Shown in pieces: positions 40,535 through 51,700 of a DNA stretch of 64,000 nucleotides. The translations under genes were made by a program, and so were the position numbers. The notes beneath the pieces were generated by a model. The model was not told the DNA's origin and ran no database searches. It saw nothing but the letters and a program-made list of their open reading frames with translations. This DNA comes from Candidatus Eiseniibacteriota bacterium (GTDB lineage: Bacteria; Eisenbacteria; RBG-16-71-46). Location of the stretch: NCBI GenBank assembly GCA_963776245.1, contig CAVZLN010000008.1, forward strand, positions 288,001 through 352,000, written 5' to 3'. Position 1 is the stretch's first letter, and each line of letters begins with the position of its first letter.

Positions 40535-41670
40535 GCCGTCACCTCCTGCGACTTCTGGATCACCATGCGCACCGCGTCGTCCATGCTGGTGGTGGCGCCG
40601 AGGCCGTTCTCCGACAGGATCTGGCGCGCGAGGTCCTCGTTGGTGCCGGTGAGCCGGATCACCAGCGGCATCGGCAGCGGCGACGCCTTCAGCGACGCCA
40701 CGATGCCGTTCGCCACGTCGTCGCAGCGGGTGATGCCGCCGAAGATGTTGAACAGGATGGCGCGCACGTGGGAGTCGCCGGTGATGATCCGGAGCGCCGC
40801 GGTCACCTTCTCCGGATTCGACGAGCCGCCGATGTCGAGGAAGTTCGCGGGCTCGCCGCCGTAGTGCTTCACCAGGTCCATGGTCGCCATCGCCAGGCCG
40901 GCGCCGTTCACGATGCAGCCGATGTCGCCGTCGAGCTTGACGTAGGACAGCCCCTTCTCGCGCGCCAGCCGCGCGCCGGCGGTCTCGTCGCCCGCGTCGC
41001 GCCAGCTCTCCCAGTCGCGATGCCGGAAGTCGGCGTTGTCGTCGAGGATGACCTTGGCATCGAGGGCCATCACCCGCCCCTCGGTCGTGATGGCGAGCGG
41101 GTTGATCTCGGCCAGCGAGCAGTCGCCCTCGGTGTACACGCGGTAGAGCTTCAGCAGGATGTCCGCCGCCTGCGCGACCAGCGAGCCGTCCCGGAGCAGC
41201 GGCTGGAACAGCGCGCGCGCCTCGTACGAGCGCAGGCCGGAGAGCGGGATGTGCCGCTTCACGATCTTCTCCGGCGCGGTGCGCGCCACCTCCTCGATGT
41301 CCACGCCGCCCTCGGCGGAGAGCATGATGAGCGGCAGCTTCCGTGCGCGGTCCAGCACGATCGACAGGTACAGCTCGCGCGCGATGTCGGCCGCCTGAGC
41401 GACCAGCACCCGGCGCACCGGGAGGCCCTTGATGGTGAGCGCGAGGATGTCGCGCGCCCGGTCGTACGCCTCGTCCGGCGAGTGCGCGAGCTTCACGCCG
41501 CCGGCCTTGCCGCGCCCGCCCACCAGCACCTGCGCCTTGATCACGACCGTGCCGCCGAGCGAGGCGGCGATGTCGCGCGCCTCCTCCGGGGTGGTCGCGA
41601 CCTGCCCCGGCAGCACCGGCAGCCCGAAGCGCGCGAAGAGTTCCTTGCCCTGGTATTCGTGCAGATTCAT
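40531..41670 (-). CDS. sucC: Succinyl-CoA synthetase beta subunit
   Basis: [58 protein letters not shown]. Confidence 0.97.
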   Translation of the reverse strand: MNLHEYQGKELFARFGLPVLPGQVATTPEEARDIAASLGGTVVIKAQVLVGGRGKAGGVKLAHSPDEAYDRARDILALTIKGLPVRRVLVAQAADIARELYLSIVLDRARKLPLIMLSAEGGVDIEEVARTAPEKIVKRHIPLSGLRSYEARALFQPLLRDGSLVAQAADILLKLYRVYTEGDCSLAEINPLAITTEGRVMALDAKVILDDNADFRHRDWESWRDAGDETAGARLAREKGLSYVKLDGDIGCIVNGAGLAMATMDLVKHYGGEPANFLDIGGSSNPEKVTAALRIITGDSHVRAILFNIFGGITRCDDVANGIVASLKASPLPMPLVIRLTGTNEDLARQILSENGLGATTSMDDAVRMVIQKSQEVTA

Positions 41671-41814
41671 GGCTCTCCCATCCGCGAGCGGTGAACGGGC
41701 GCCTGTCGCGCCGGCGCCCCTGCCGCTCGCCCCGAAGTCCCTTCCGATGCGTCCCGCTCGTCCCCGCCGGGCGGGCGGGCCGGCGTCGGCTCGCCCGGCA
41801 CCGCGCCGGGGATC

Positions 41815-43293
41815 TCAGTTGTTGTCGATCTGCGCCCGCTGCAGCTTGCCGCTGAAGTCCACGTACACGCTCTTCCACTCGGTGAACGGGTCGAGCATGG
41901 TGTGCCCGGCCTCGCGGTGACCATTGCCGGTGCCCCGATTGCCGCCGAACGGCAGATGGGTCTCCGCGCCGGTGGTGCCGTGGTTCACGTACACGATGCC
42001 GGTGTCGAGGTCGCGCATCGCCGCGAACGCGCGGTTGACGTCGCGCGTGAAGATCGAGGACGAGAGCCCGAACGCCGAGTCGTTGTTCACCTCGACCGCG
42101 TCCTCGAGGCTCTTCACCTTCACCACGGACAGCACCGGGCCGAAGATCTCCTCGACCGCGATCCGCGCGGTGCGCTTCACGTCGGCGAACACCGTCGGCG
42201 AGTAGAAGCTGCCCTTGGCGAGCGCGCCCTCGGCGGCCGGGGCGCCGCCCGCGACCAGCTGGCCCTCGCCCCGGCCGACCTTCACGTACCCGTCCACGGT
42301 CGCCACCTGGGCGCGGTTGATGAGCGGGCCCACGTCAGTCTTCGGGTCGAGCCCGTCCCCCAGGCGCAGCTTCTTCGCGCCCTCGGCCACGCGCTTCACC
42401 AGCTCGTCGTGCACGCTCTCGTGCGCCAGCACGCGGCTACACGCGGTGCAGCGCTGGCCGGTGGTGCCGAACGCGCTCCACAGGATCGCCTCGGTGGCGA
42501 GCGCCAGGTCGGCGTCGTCCATCACGATGATGGCGTTCTTGCCGCCCATCTCGAGCGAGACGCGCTTGCCGATCGCGCCCCCCTTGCCGCCGATCCCCAG
42601 CCCCACCTCGGTCGAGCCGGTGAACGAGATCACGCTGATGCCCCGGTGCGCGACCATCGGGTCGCCCACGTTGCGGCCCGACCCGAACACGATGTTGAGC
42701 ACGCCCCCGGGCAGCCCGGCTTCCTCGAAGATGCGCACGAAGTTCCACGCCAGCTCGGGGGTGTCGCACGCGGGCTTGAACACGCAGGTGTTCCCGGCGA
42801 CCAGCGCCGGCATCATCTTCCAGGCCGGGATCGCGAACGGGAAGTTCCACGGGGTGATGAACCCGCACACCCCGATCGGCGAGCGCACCGACATCGCCCA
42901 CTTGTTCGGCATCTCGCTCGGCGTGGTGACGCCGAACATGCGCCGGCCCTCGCCCGCGGCGAGGTAGGCCATATCGATGCCCTCCTGGACGTCGCCGCGC
43001 GTCTCGGCCAGCACCTTGCCCATCTCGCGCGTCATCGCCTGCGCGAGGTCCTCCTTGCGGCCGCGGATGATCTCGCCGGCCCGGTACACGATCTCGGCGC
43101 GCTTCGGCGCCGGCACCAGGCGCCAGGTCTTGTAGGCCCGGGCCGCCGCCGCCACCGCGTCGTCCACGTCCCCGGCGTCGGACGCCGGGAACTCGCCCAG
43201 TACGTCGCCGTTGGCCGGGTTGTGATCGAGGAACGTCTTGCCGTTGCGGGCCGGGACCCAGCGCCCGCCCACATAGTTCATGAACTTCTCCAT
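41815..43293 (-). CDS. Aldehyde dehydrogenase family protein
   Basis: [32 protein letters not shown] (catalytic Cys), EEIFGPV. Confidence 0.93.
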   Translation of the reverse strand: MEKFMNYVGGRWVPARNGKTFLDHNPANGDVLGEFPASDAGDVDDAVAAAARAYKTWRLVPAPKRAEIVYRAGEIIRGRKEDLAQAMTREMGKVLAETRGDVQEGIDMAYLAAGEGRRMFGVTTPSEMPNKWAMSVRSPIGVCGFITPWNFPFAIPAWKMMPALVAGNTCVFKPACDTPELAWNFVRIFEEAGLPGGVLNIVFGSGRNVGDPMVAHRGISVISFTGSTEVGLGIGGKGGAIGKRVSLEMGGKNAIIVMDDADLALATEAILWSAFGTTGQRCTACSRVLAHESVHDELVKRVAEGAKKLRLGDGLDPKTDVGPLINRAQVATVDGYVKVGRGEGQLVAGGAPAAEGALAKGSFYSPTVFADVKRTARIAVEEIFGPVLSVVKVKSLEDAVEVNNDSAFGLSSSIFTRDVNRAFAAMRDLDTGIVYVNHGTTGAETHLPFGGNRGTGNGHREAGHTMLDPFTEWKSVYVDFSGKLQRAQIDNN

Positions 43294-43486
43294 GATCCGT
43301 CTCCGTGCCGGGCACAGCTCGCTCCGCCGCGGCACCGAGTGGGGGGCGCGGGGGCGGAGCGTGATGGTACTGCCCGGTAAAATGGACGAGACAAGGTAAG
43401 GGTGTCGAAGGCGGAAGGCAAGCGAGTCCCGGGCGGCCGGTCCGACCCACGGACGGACCCGTCCCCGGCGCGCTGCCCCCCGCCCC

Positions 43487-45511
43487 TCAGCGCCGCTTCA
43501 CCACCACCAGCGTGACGTCGTCGGTGCGCAGGTCGCCGTGCGCGAACGCGCGCACGTCCGCGAGCAGGGCGCCCCCGAACTCGGCCGCCGGCAGTCCCTG
43601 CGCCGCGAGCCGCAGGACCAGCGCCTCGAAGCGCTCCTCGCCGTACATGTCGTGCCGGTACGGGCACTCGGTCACGCCGTCCGAGTACAGCACCAGGTAG
43701 TCGCCGGCGCGGAACTCGCGGGTCTCGTCCTTCCACATCGAGTCGTCCAGCATCGCGAGCGGGACGCCGCTCGCCTCGAGCTTGGTGATGGCGCCCTCGC
43801 GCACCAGCAGCGGCGGGTTGTGCCCGGCGTTGCAGAACCGCAGGGCCGGCTCGCGCAGCGCGATGTCCGCCATGAAGAAGGTGGCGAACCGCCCCGGCGT
43901 GACCGCGCGATGGAGCGACGCGTGCATCGCCTCGACCACCGCCCGGGTCGAGATGCCCGGCTTCGCCTCGGCGTGGAACGACGCGCGCAGGTGCGACATG
44001 AGCAGCGCGGCGGGCACGCCGTGCCCGGAGACGTCGCCCAGCACCACGGTCAGGTGGTCCTCACCGAGCGGCAGCCAGTCGTAGTAGTCGCCGCCGACCG
44101 CCTCGGCCGGCACGTTGACGCCGAACACGTCGAGCTCGGGGATGGTGGGCGGCCGCTCGGGCAGCAGCCGCCGCTGGATGGAGCGCGCCACCTCCAGCTC
44201 GCGTTCGCGGACGCGCGCGTGGCGCTCGGTCACCACGCGCCGGTAGCCCTCGAGCGACGCCCAGGTGAACGCCGGCAGCAGCAGCGCCCCGGTCGCCGGC
44301 ACGTCGAAGCCGCCGGCGAGGAAGAGCGCGTGGTCCGCTGCCGCGACCAGCGCGACCGCGCCCGCCACCACGGCGGTCCCGAGGCCGAGCGGCCAGCGTG
44401 CGAGCAGCGTGCCGAGGAGCACCGCGAGAACGGCCAGCGCGGCCAGCATCAGCCACGCCGGCGGCCGGCGCTCGAAGCGCCCTTCGATCGCCGCGTTCAG
44501 CGCGTTGGCGTGGATATAGACCAGCGGCGTGGACTCGGCGAACGGCGTGGCCCCGAGGTCGGTGGCGACCTCGCCCACCGCCGTGGTGCCGACCAGCACG
44601 AGCCGCCCCGCGAACGCGCGCCGCAGCGCGGTGGAGTCCCCGTCGCGGTACCACTGGAGCACGCGCAGCAGCGAGTAACTGCTCCGGAACGAGGTGCGGT
44701 CGCCGGCGAAGCCGATCGCGGTCGAGCCCTCGCCGTCCACCGGCACGCGCTGGCGCGCCCGGCCGCTGTGGTGCAGCCACAGCCCGTCGGTGCTCACCTC
44801 GAACTGCGGCAGCGTGGTGTCGGTCCGCGCCGCGGACTCCACCATCCGCATCGAGAGCGACGGATACACCCAGTCGCCGTAGCGCACGAACTGCGGGATG
44901 CGCCGCACCACGCCTCCCGGATCCACCACCACCGCGGTGTGGCCGAGCGCCCCGGCGGCGTCGAGCAGCGCGTCGAACGGCAGCGAGATGCGCTGCACCC
45001 CCGGGGTGCGGAGCGCGGTCAGCGGCCGGCCATTGCGGATGAGCGCGGCACGCGTGTCCGAGGACGGCGTGGGCGCCGCGCCGGCGCCGAGCGCGGGGTC
45101 CTCGGGCAGCACCGCGATCGCGTGGACGAGGTTGGTCCTCCCCGCGGTGACCGCGGCCAGCAGGCGGTCGCCTTCGGGATACTCGGTGCTGGAGTCGAGG
45201 AACAGCAGGTCGAACCCGATCGCCTGCGCGCCGCTCTCCTCGAGCGCCGTGATCAGCAGCGCATAGGCCGGGCGCGGCAGCGGCCAGCCGCGGTAGGCCG
45301 CGATGGTCGCGTCGTCCACCTCGACCAGCGCGATGCGCGCCGAGGCCGGCAGCGGCCCGCGGAGGACGTAGCGCCAGTCGTGGATGCGCAGGTCGAGCGG
45401 ATCGAACGCGCCCAGCCGCGCGAGCACCGCGACCACCGCCCAGCACGCCAGCGCCACGGCGATGCCGTGGAGAACGGGAAGCCGCTGGGACGGCGCGGCC
45501 GGGCCCGCCAT
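43487..45511 (-). CDS. CHASE2 sensor - 3 TM - SpoIIE/PP2C (RsbU-like) phosphatase
   Basis: CHASE2: IALVEVDDATI...WPLPR...AIGFDLLF, DPGGVVRR, VLVGTTA...TPF...IHANAL. PP2C: ELEVARSIQRRLLP, VGGDYYD, GDVSGHG, NAGHNPP, YSDGVTE, DDVT. Confidence 0.9.
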   Translation of the reverse strand: MAGPAAPSQRLPVLHGIAVALACWAVVAVLARLGAFDPLDLRIHDWRYVLRGPLPASARIALVEVDDATIAAYRGWPLPRPAYALLITALEESGAQAIGFDLLFLDSSTEYPEGDRLLAAVTAGRTNLVHAIAVLPEDPALGAGAAPTPSSDTRAALIRNGRPLTALRTPGVQRISLPFDALLDAAGALGHTAVVVDPGGVVRRIPQFVRYGDWVYPSLSMRMVESAARTDTTLPQFEVSTDGLWLHHSGRARQRVPVDGEGSTAIGFAGDRTSFRSSYSLLRVLQWYRDGDSTALRRAFAGRLVLVGTTAVGEVATDLGATPFAESTPLVYIHANALNAAIEGRFERRPPAWLMLAALAVLAVLLGTLLARWPLGLGTAVVAGAVALVAAADHALFLAGGFDVPATGALLLPAFTWASLEGYRRVVTERHARVRERELEVARSIQRRLLPERPPTIPELDVFGVNVPAEAVGGDYYDWLPLGEDHLTVVLGDVSGHGVPAALLMSHLRASFHAEAKPGISTRAVVEAMHASLHRAVTPGRFATFFMADIALREPALRFCNAGHNPPLLVREGAITKLEASGVPLAMLDDSMWKDETREFRAGDYLVLYSDGVTECPYRHDMYGEERFEALVLRLAAQGLPAAEFGGALLADVRAFAHGDLRTDDVTLVVVKRR

Positions 45512-45519
45512 GGGCCGGG

Positions 45520-46182
45520 CTACCGCTTCCAGTACAGCACGTCGGCCGCTTCGCTCCGGTCCGCGCCGCGCGGGCCCGCCGAACGCCAGGTCGGGACCTT
45601 CTTGCGCGCGCCGCCGCTCGCCTGCGTCGTCGCGCGGACGGTGTCGGCGGGGACCGCCTGGGCGGCGCGCCGCAGCAGCGCGCGCACCTCGTCCTTGCTC
45701 ACGTACGAGGTCGCGGCCGCCTTGGGAGCGGCCGTGCGCTCGGTCTTGAGCCCGAGCAGCGCGTCCGCCTTCTCGACGCCGCCCGCGAGCCGCACCCCGT
45801 CGGCCGCGGCCTCGTCCGCACGCGCGTCGTCGCCCATCAGCATGAGCGCGGTGGCGCGATTGAGGCGGATGCCGGCGTCGGCGGTGTCCCCGCGCAGCGC
45901 GCGATCGTAGAACGCCAGCGCCACACCCAGTTCGCCCCGGAGCAGACGCAGGTTGCCGAGGTTGTTGAGCGCGCGGGCGTCACCGCGGGAGTCCGAGAGC
46001 AGCGACACGAACACCGACTCCGCGCGGGCCGCTTCGCCCGCGAGCGCGAGCGCGACCCCGAACTCGGATTTGGACCCGAGCTCCCGGGAATCGGGCGCGG
46101 CCGAGGCGCGCGGGGCGGCAGCGGCCACGAGGAGGGGCAGGACCACGACGGCGGTGAGATGACGCAGCGGGCGGCCTCGCAT
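45520..46182 (-). CDS. Exported TPR protein ending in LYWKR
   Basis: Signal peptide ..PRASA; TPR ARALNNLGNL..LRGELGVALAFYDRAL..DTADAGIRLNRA. Confidence 0.75.
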   Translation of the reverse strand: MRGRPLRHLTAVVVLPLLVAAAAPRASAAPDSRELGSKSEFGVALALAGEAARAESVFVSLLSDSRGDARALNNLGNLRLLRGELGVALAFYDRALRGDTADAGIRLNRATALMLMGDDARADEAAADGVRLAGGVEKADALLGLKTERTAAPKAAATSYVSKDEVRALLRRAAQAVPADTVRATTQASGGARKKVPTWRSAGPRGADRSEAADVLYWKR

Positions 46183-46206
46183 GATCGGACCTCGCGGTTG
46201 GGGGGA

Positions 46207-48765
46207 TCAGTCTTTCCAGTACATACTGCGATGGAGGCCCTCGGGTTGGAAGCTATTCTCGCGACCGGGTGCGGGCGTCGCCGGGGCCGTGGCCCGCGGC
46301 GGCCGGGGACGGCCGGCCCGGTCGGGCCCGCGCGCGGCCGGAGCCGCCGCGACCGCGTGCAGCAGGGCCGCCAGTCGCGCCCGCGACTGCTGCTCGCCGG
46401 GGCTCAGGTCCGCCGGCTCGCTCTCGCCCGCGCGCGCCAGCCCCAGCAGGCGGCTCGCGGGCTCGGCGCCGCCGGCGGCCGCGACCCCCTGGCCCAGCGC
46501 CTCGCCCGCGGCCGCGCTGTCGCCCCGCGCGAGCAGCGCGATGCCGAGGTTGAGCCAGATCCCGGGCGCCGGCTCGCCCATGGCGAGCACGGTGCGCAGG
46601 TGACCCTCGGCGGCCTCGAGGCTGTCGCGGCCGACGAGCACCACCGCGAGGTCGTTGTGGGCCGCGACCGAGCGCGGGTCCTGGCGCAGCGCCTGCTCGA
46701 GCTGGGACTGCGCCGCCGCCAGTTCTCCGCCCTCGAACTCGACGCGCGCGATCTCGATGAGCGCGCTGGCCGAGGCGGCGAGGTCGCTGCGTGCCGCGCC
46801 GAACTGCGCGGCGTAGAACTCCTCGCGCCACCGGCCGACGGTCGCGGCGTCCCCCCGCAGGGTGGCCGCCAGCCGCTCGGTGTCGATCACGAGCGCGGGC
46901 CGCTCCCCCGGCGGGAGCACGGGCTCGTAGCGCGTCTGGGCCTCGGCCACGTCGACCTTGCCGATCTCCCCGCGGCCGTCCCAGCTGTGATAGGTGTCGG
47001 CGCCGATGCGCCAGGCCTCGGTGAAGCCCTTGCTCAGCGCGGTGGTCTCGAACGGGATCCACACCTCCTCGTCGTCGATCACCGTCATGCGCTCGTCCAC
47101 CGCCAGCGCCATGCGATTGCGCTCGTGCAGGCCGGTGCCGATGAGCAGGAAGATGTGCCCGGGCGCGTCGGCCAGGCGCGTGGGCACGCCCACGTTCGCG
47201 AGCAGCGACGCCATCAGCACGGTGGAGTCGTCGCAGTCCCCGGCGCGCCGCGCGAGCGTCTGATACGGATAGAAGATGGTGTCCACCGCGTCCCGGGTGG
47301 TGCCGATCCGGGTGTAGGGGTTGTTGGGATCGGGCACGTAGGCGACCGACAACTGCCCGAGCGCGTCGGCGATCGCGGCGGCGAAGCTCAGGTTGCGGTT
47401 CCCGAGCGGATCGCGCTCCTGGAGCGCCACCACCCGGCTCGCCTGGCGCGCGAGCGCGTCCACCGCCGGATCCTGCGGGGTGATGAACGCCGCCGCCTGC
47501 GCCACGCCCTCGCCCCAGCGGATGGCGCCCGGCGCGTACGCCACGCAGCGCGCCGCGCCCTTCTCGCGCCGCACCAGGCGGCGGCTCTGGTAACTGGCCG
47601 TGACCTGCACCTGCACCGGCTGGTCGCCGCGCTGGGCGAGCACCCGGGGGCTGAGCACGGCGGTCAGCGGCACGTCCTGCGTGGCCCGCGGACGGAGGAC
47701 GATCTCCTGCTCCGAGGCGGCGTCCATCAGGCCCGGCACGTACACGCCCACCCGCGCGATCAGCGGGCGGTCCTGCAGGCTGCGCACCTTCACCGAGCCG
47801 AACGGCTCGCGCGCGTAGCTCTTGTAGAGCGAGGTGTAGAGGTCCCGCGCCTCGACCCGCTCGATGCGGATCTGCGCGGGATTGAAATTGAACTCCATCG
47901 CCACCGCGAAATGATCGGTGGCCGGCAGCACCGGCGCCTCGACGCGCGCGTAGTCGAAGCGCAGCGCCCCGACCTTGAGACCCATGCCGTACGTCCACGT
48001 GGCGGGCTCGCCGCCCACGCGGTCCTTCTCGGTGCCCATCCGCAGCGCGAGCTGTTCGAGCGGCACGAGCTCCAGCCCAAGGTGCCAGCGGTCGTCGACG
48101 TCGAGCGCCGCGGTGCCCCAGCGCGGCACGGCATAGGCGCCGGCCAGCCTCAGGTTACGCGGATAGACCACCGCGGGCGTTCCGTCGGCGTAGCGCAGCC
48201 GGGTGTCGAAGGCGTCCTGCGCCACCAGCCCCAGGCGCACGCGCTCGAGCGGGCTCGCGAGCAGTCCGAGGTCCACGCCGTAGCCGCGTCCGCCGCGGAT
48301 CTCGGTGCCATCGAGGCTGGTGCTGCGCGTTAGCAGCTTGGCGTTCGCCCCCGCGTGCAGCCACGGCCGCAGCTTGAGTGCGTAGCCGAAGTCAACGCGG
48401 TTCTCGCCGAACCCCAGCTCGCCGTCGTCGAAGCCCGAGTGATACCAGTCGAGCCCGGTGGCCTGGTCGGGCGAGAGCGGCAGCACGAACACCGCGTGGT
48501 TGTCCTTGATGCCGGCGCCGAACAGGTCGGCGTGCGAGCCCGCGATCTCCTGATGGCCGACGCGCGCGAGCCCGGCGGGGTTCCAGAACAGCGCGCTCGC
48601 GTCGTCGGCGATCGCGCTGAACGCGCCGCCCATGGCGATGCCGCGCGGCCCGACCGGCACCTGCTGGCTGGGCGCCGCGCGGGCGGGCCCGGCGGCGAAC
48701 AGCCATCCGGCCAGGGCGGGGAGAATGACCACCGCGCGCGCGCGATGTCCGCCGCGGCCGCTCAT
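46207..48765 (-). CDS. PorV/PorQ-like outer-membrane barrel fused to a transglutaminase-like Cys domain and TPRs (852 aa)
   Basis: Signal peptide; GPRGIAMGGAF..IADDASALFWNPAGL (PorV/FadL-type N-terminus); beta-strands to ..RFDYA...HFAVAMEF; then GDCDD...GHIF...WIPFETT; TPRs; ends SMYWKD. ATGA overlap with the upstream gene. Confidence 0.8.
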   Translation of the reverse strand: MSGRGGHRARAVVILPALAGWLFAAGPARAAPSQQVPVGPRGIAMGGAFSAIADDASALFWNPAGLARVGHQEIAGSHADLFGAGIKDNHAVFVLPLSPDQATGLDWYHSGFDDGELGFGENRVDFGYALKLRPWLHAGANAKLLTRSTSLDGTEIRGGRGYGVDLGLLASPLERVRLGLVAQDAFDTRLRYADGTPAVVYPRNLRLAGAYAVPRWGTAALDVDDRWHLGLELVPLEQLALRMGTEKDRVGGEPATWTYGMGLKVGALRFDYARVEAPVLPATDHFAVAMEFNFNPAQIRIERVEARDLYTSLYKSYAREPFGSVKVRSLQDRPLIARVGVYVPGLMDAASEQEIVLRPRATQDVPLTAVLSPRVLAQRGDQPVQVQVTASYQSRRLVRREKGAARCVAYAPGAIRWGEGVAQAAAFITPQDPAVDALARQASRVVALQERDPLGNRNLSFAAAIADALGQLSVAYVPDPNNPYTRIGTTRDAVDTIFYPYQTLARRAGDCDDSTVLMASLLANVGVPTRLADAPGHIFLLIGTGLHERNRMALAVDERMTVIDDEEVWIPFETTALSKGFTEAWRIGADTYHSWDGRGEIGKVDVAEAQTRYEPVLPPGERPALVIDTERLAATLRGDAATVGRWREEFYAAQFGAARSDLAASASALIEIARVEFEGGELAAAQSQLEQALRQDPRSVAAHNDLAVVLVGRDSLEAAEGHLRTVLAMGEPAPGIWLNLGIALLARGDSAAAGEALGQGVAAAGGAEPASRLLGLARAGESEPADLSPGEQQSRARLAALLHAVAAAPAARGPDRAGRPRPPRATAPATPAPGRENSFQPEGLHRSMYWKD

Positions 48766-51700
48766 CGCACCACCGCGAGCGTGCCTTCGAGACGCTCGCC
48801 CGCCGCGTCCACGCTCACCAGGTAGAGCCCGTCGGCGGCCACCTCGCCCCCGCTGTCGCGCCCGTCCCAGCGCACCAGGTTGGCGCCCGCGGGCAGCGAC
48901 GCGCCGGCGGCCACGACCTTCACCAGCCGCCCGGCGCGATTGTAGATGCGCACCGTCACCACTCCCGCCCGCGGGAGCGTGAAGCCGATGCCCACGTCGG
49001 TGCTGGCGAAGCCCCCGCGCGGTGAGAACACGCGCGGCGTGAAGCTGAGCCCCGGCGCGCCGCCGGCGACGCTGGTCACCAGGTCGCCCGGCAGCAGGGC
49101 GTACACCCCCGGCGAGCGGATGGGCGCCTCGAGCCGCGTCCCGGTCGCGTCCGGGCTGCCGCCGACCCGCGCCCACCCCGAGTCGGGTTGCATCACGCAC
49201 AACTTCGCGTCCGCGGGCGCGCCGGCGCGCGCCACGCTGAAGGTCGCGGGCTTGAGCAGGGTCGCGCCGTCCCAGTGCACCTCGAGCGCCTCGACCGGCC
49301 CGCTGGTGGCGGGACCGCGCACGAGCACCGAGTCCACGCGCACCAGCGCGCCATCCGGGAACGCGCCGGGCGGGAAATAGAGCTTCACCTCGGCGAACGT
49401 CGAGTACACCTCCCCGCCCGCGGGCGTCACGACGGCCGGGCTGGTGACCGAGTCGAACGGCGGCAGGTTGTCCACCCGCACGGTGACCTGCGCGGTGCCC
49501 ACCAGCCCGAGCGTGTCGGTCACCGCGAGACGCAGGTCGTACGCGCCTTCGGCGAGCGCGCGCGTGTCGAGCGGGGGAGCGAGCGCGCCCTCCACGACCG
49601 GCAGGATCGAGTCGGCGAGCACGCCGGTGAGCGCGCCGCCCCACGCGGGGTCGCGGCTGGGCTTGAGTTCGAGCCGGTAGCGCCGGAAGCGCGGATCGGC
49701 CGCGCTCCCGCGCACCTCGATGATGCCGCGCACGGCCTCGCCGAAGGCCGGGGACGACAGGAGCGCCGCGGGCGGCGTGGCGTCCACGTCGAGGTCGATC
49801 CGGGCCGGGGTGGGATCGAGGTTCCGGCTCCAGTCGCGCGCCTCGACCTCGAAGGTGTGCGGTCCGTCCGGCACGTCGGCGCGCTCCCACGCCACCTCGG
49901 TGGTCCACGGCCCATCGACGCCATCCCAGCGGGTGCGGAACTCGATGTCGTTCGCCTCGCCGTACGCCGCCGCGTACACCACGCGCAGGTCCCGGCGCGC
50001 CGCCAGCGTGTCGGGCGTGGTGACGAACACGCTCTGGGGCGCGGCCCGGTCGGGCCGGTACTGGGTGAGACCGTCGTTGCTCCCGAACCACAGGTCGCCG
50101 TTCCGATCCACCAGCGCCCCGGTGACCTGATCGGAGGTGAGTCCGTCCGCAGCGCGCACGCGCCGCCAGCTCGTGCCATTGAAGCGCGAGACCCCGACGC
50201 TGGTGGACACCCACAGGATCCCGTCGCGGTCCTGGACGATCGGTCCGAGCGGATTGGAGCCGAGCGCGACCACGGAGAAGGACGCCGCGATCCCCGCCAG
50301 GTAGCGCACCACGCCCGTCCGGGTCACGATCCAGAGCGCGCCGTCGCGGTCCTCGAACAGGGACAGGGCCCGGTTGGTGTAGGACGCGGGCACCGGGAGC
50401 ACCACCGGCTGTAGCACGCCGCCCCGCAGGCGCGCGAGCCCCAGCGCGGTGCCGAGCCAGACGTCGCCCGACTGGGTCACGCACGCCGCGGTCACCAGCG
50501 TGTCGGGCAGACCGTCGGCGGTCGTCAGCGCGACGGCCTGCGCGCGGTCCGGCGCCACGCGATACGCCCGTGCCGAGGTGACCACCCACAGCGTGGCCGC
50601 GCTGTCCTCGAAGATGGCGTGCACCTCGGCCAGGGGCCCGAGGTCGAGTCGTGACCACGCGCCCCCGGACCAGCGACCGAGCGTGCCCTCGCCCCCCACC
50701 CAGATGTCCCCGGCATGGTCCTGCAGCATCGCGAGCACGGTGTCCGAAGCGAGCCCGGTGGCGTGGCTCTCGACCGTCCACTGGCTCCGCGCGGCATCCC
50801 AGCGCGCGAGCCCCGCGCCCTCGGAGCCGAACCACAGCCGGCGCTCGCGGTCCTCGAAGATGGCGGTCAGCGTGTCCGAGAGCGGCCGGCCCGGCCCGCG
50901 CCGGAGGGTGGTCCATGTCCCGGTCCGGTCGAGGCGGGCGGCGCCCCCATCGTAGGTGGCGAACCACAGGTCGCCGCCGCGGTCCTGGGCCATGCCCTGG
51001 GGCAAGAACCAGCGCGCGAGCCCGGTCGAGCGGGTGCCGCTGATCTGCTTGCTCGGCAGCACGCAGAAGTACGGCGTACCCGCGGCCCGCGGGGCGCACG
51101 AGGCGACCTCGAGGTAGTCCGCCCAGCCGCCACCGTCATACTGATAGGCCCCGTTGGCCCCGGTGCCCACCCACAGGTCCCCCTGCCGGTCGCGCATGAG
51201 CGCGATCACCTTGCCGAAGAACTGTCCGTCGTTGGTCTCGCGTTCCGGGCGCCACGTGAGCGAGTCGAAATGACTGAGGCCGAGGGTGTCCGTGCCGCAC
51301 CACACCCCGGCCGCCCCGTCCGCCGTGATGGCCGTGACGCTGTCGCTGCCGGTGCCATCGCTCTTCCGGAAGCGCGACCACGCGCCGCCGCGGTAGCGGA
51401 ACGCCCCGGCATCGGTGCCGACCCAGAGCGCGCCCGCGGCATCCTTCGCCAGCGCGAGCACGCTGTCGCTTGCGAGCGTGGCGGGCGTCGGGACGATGCA
51501 GGTCCACGAGGTGCGCGTCGGGTCGAGCCGGCACAGCCCGCCGGCCGCGCCGCACCAGAGATTGAAGTCGTCGTCCTCGACGATGCGCCGGGCCTTCCAG
51601 GCCGGGAGCGGGCTGTTCGAGGAATCGTATCGCTGCCAGGTGTCGGTGGCCGGCTGATAGCGGTGCAAGCCGTCCACGGTGCCGATCCAGATCTCCCCGC

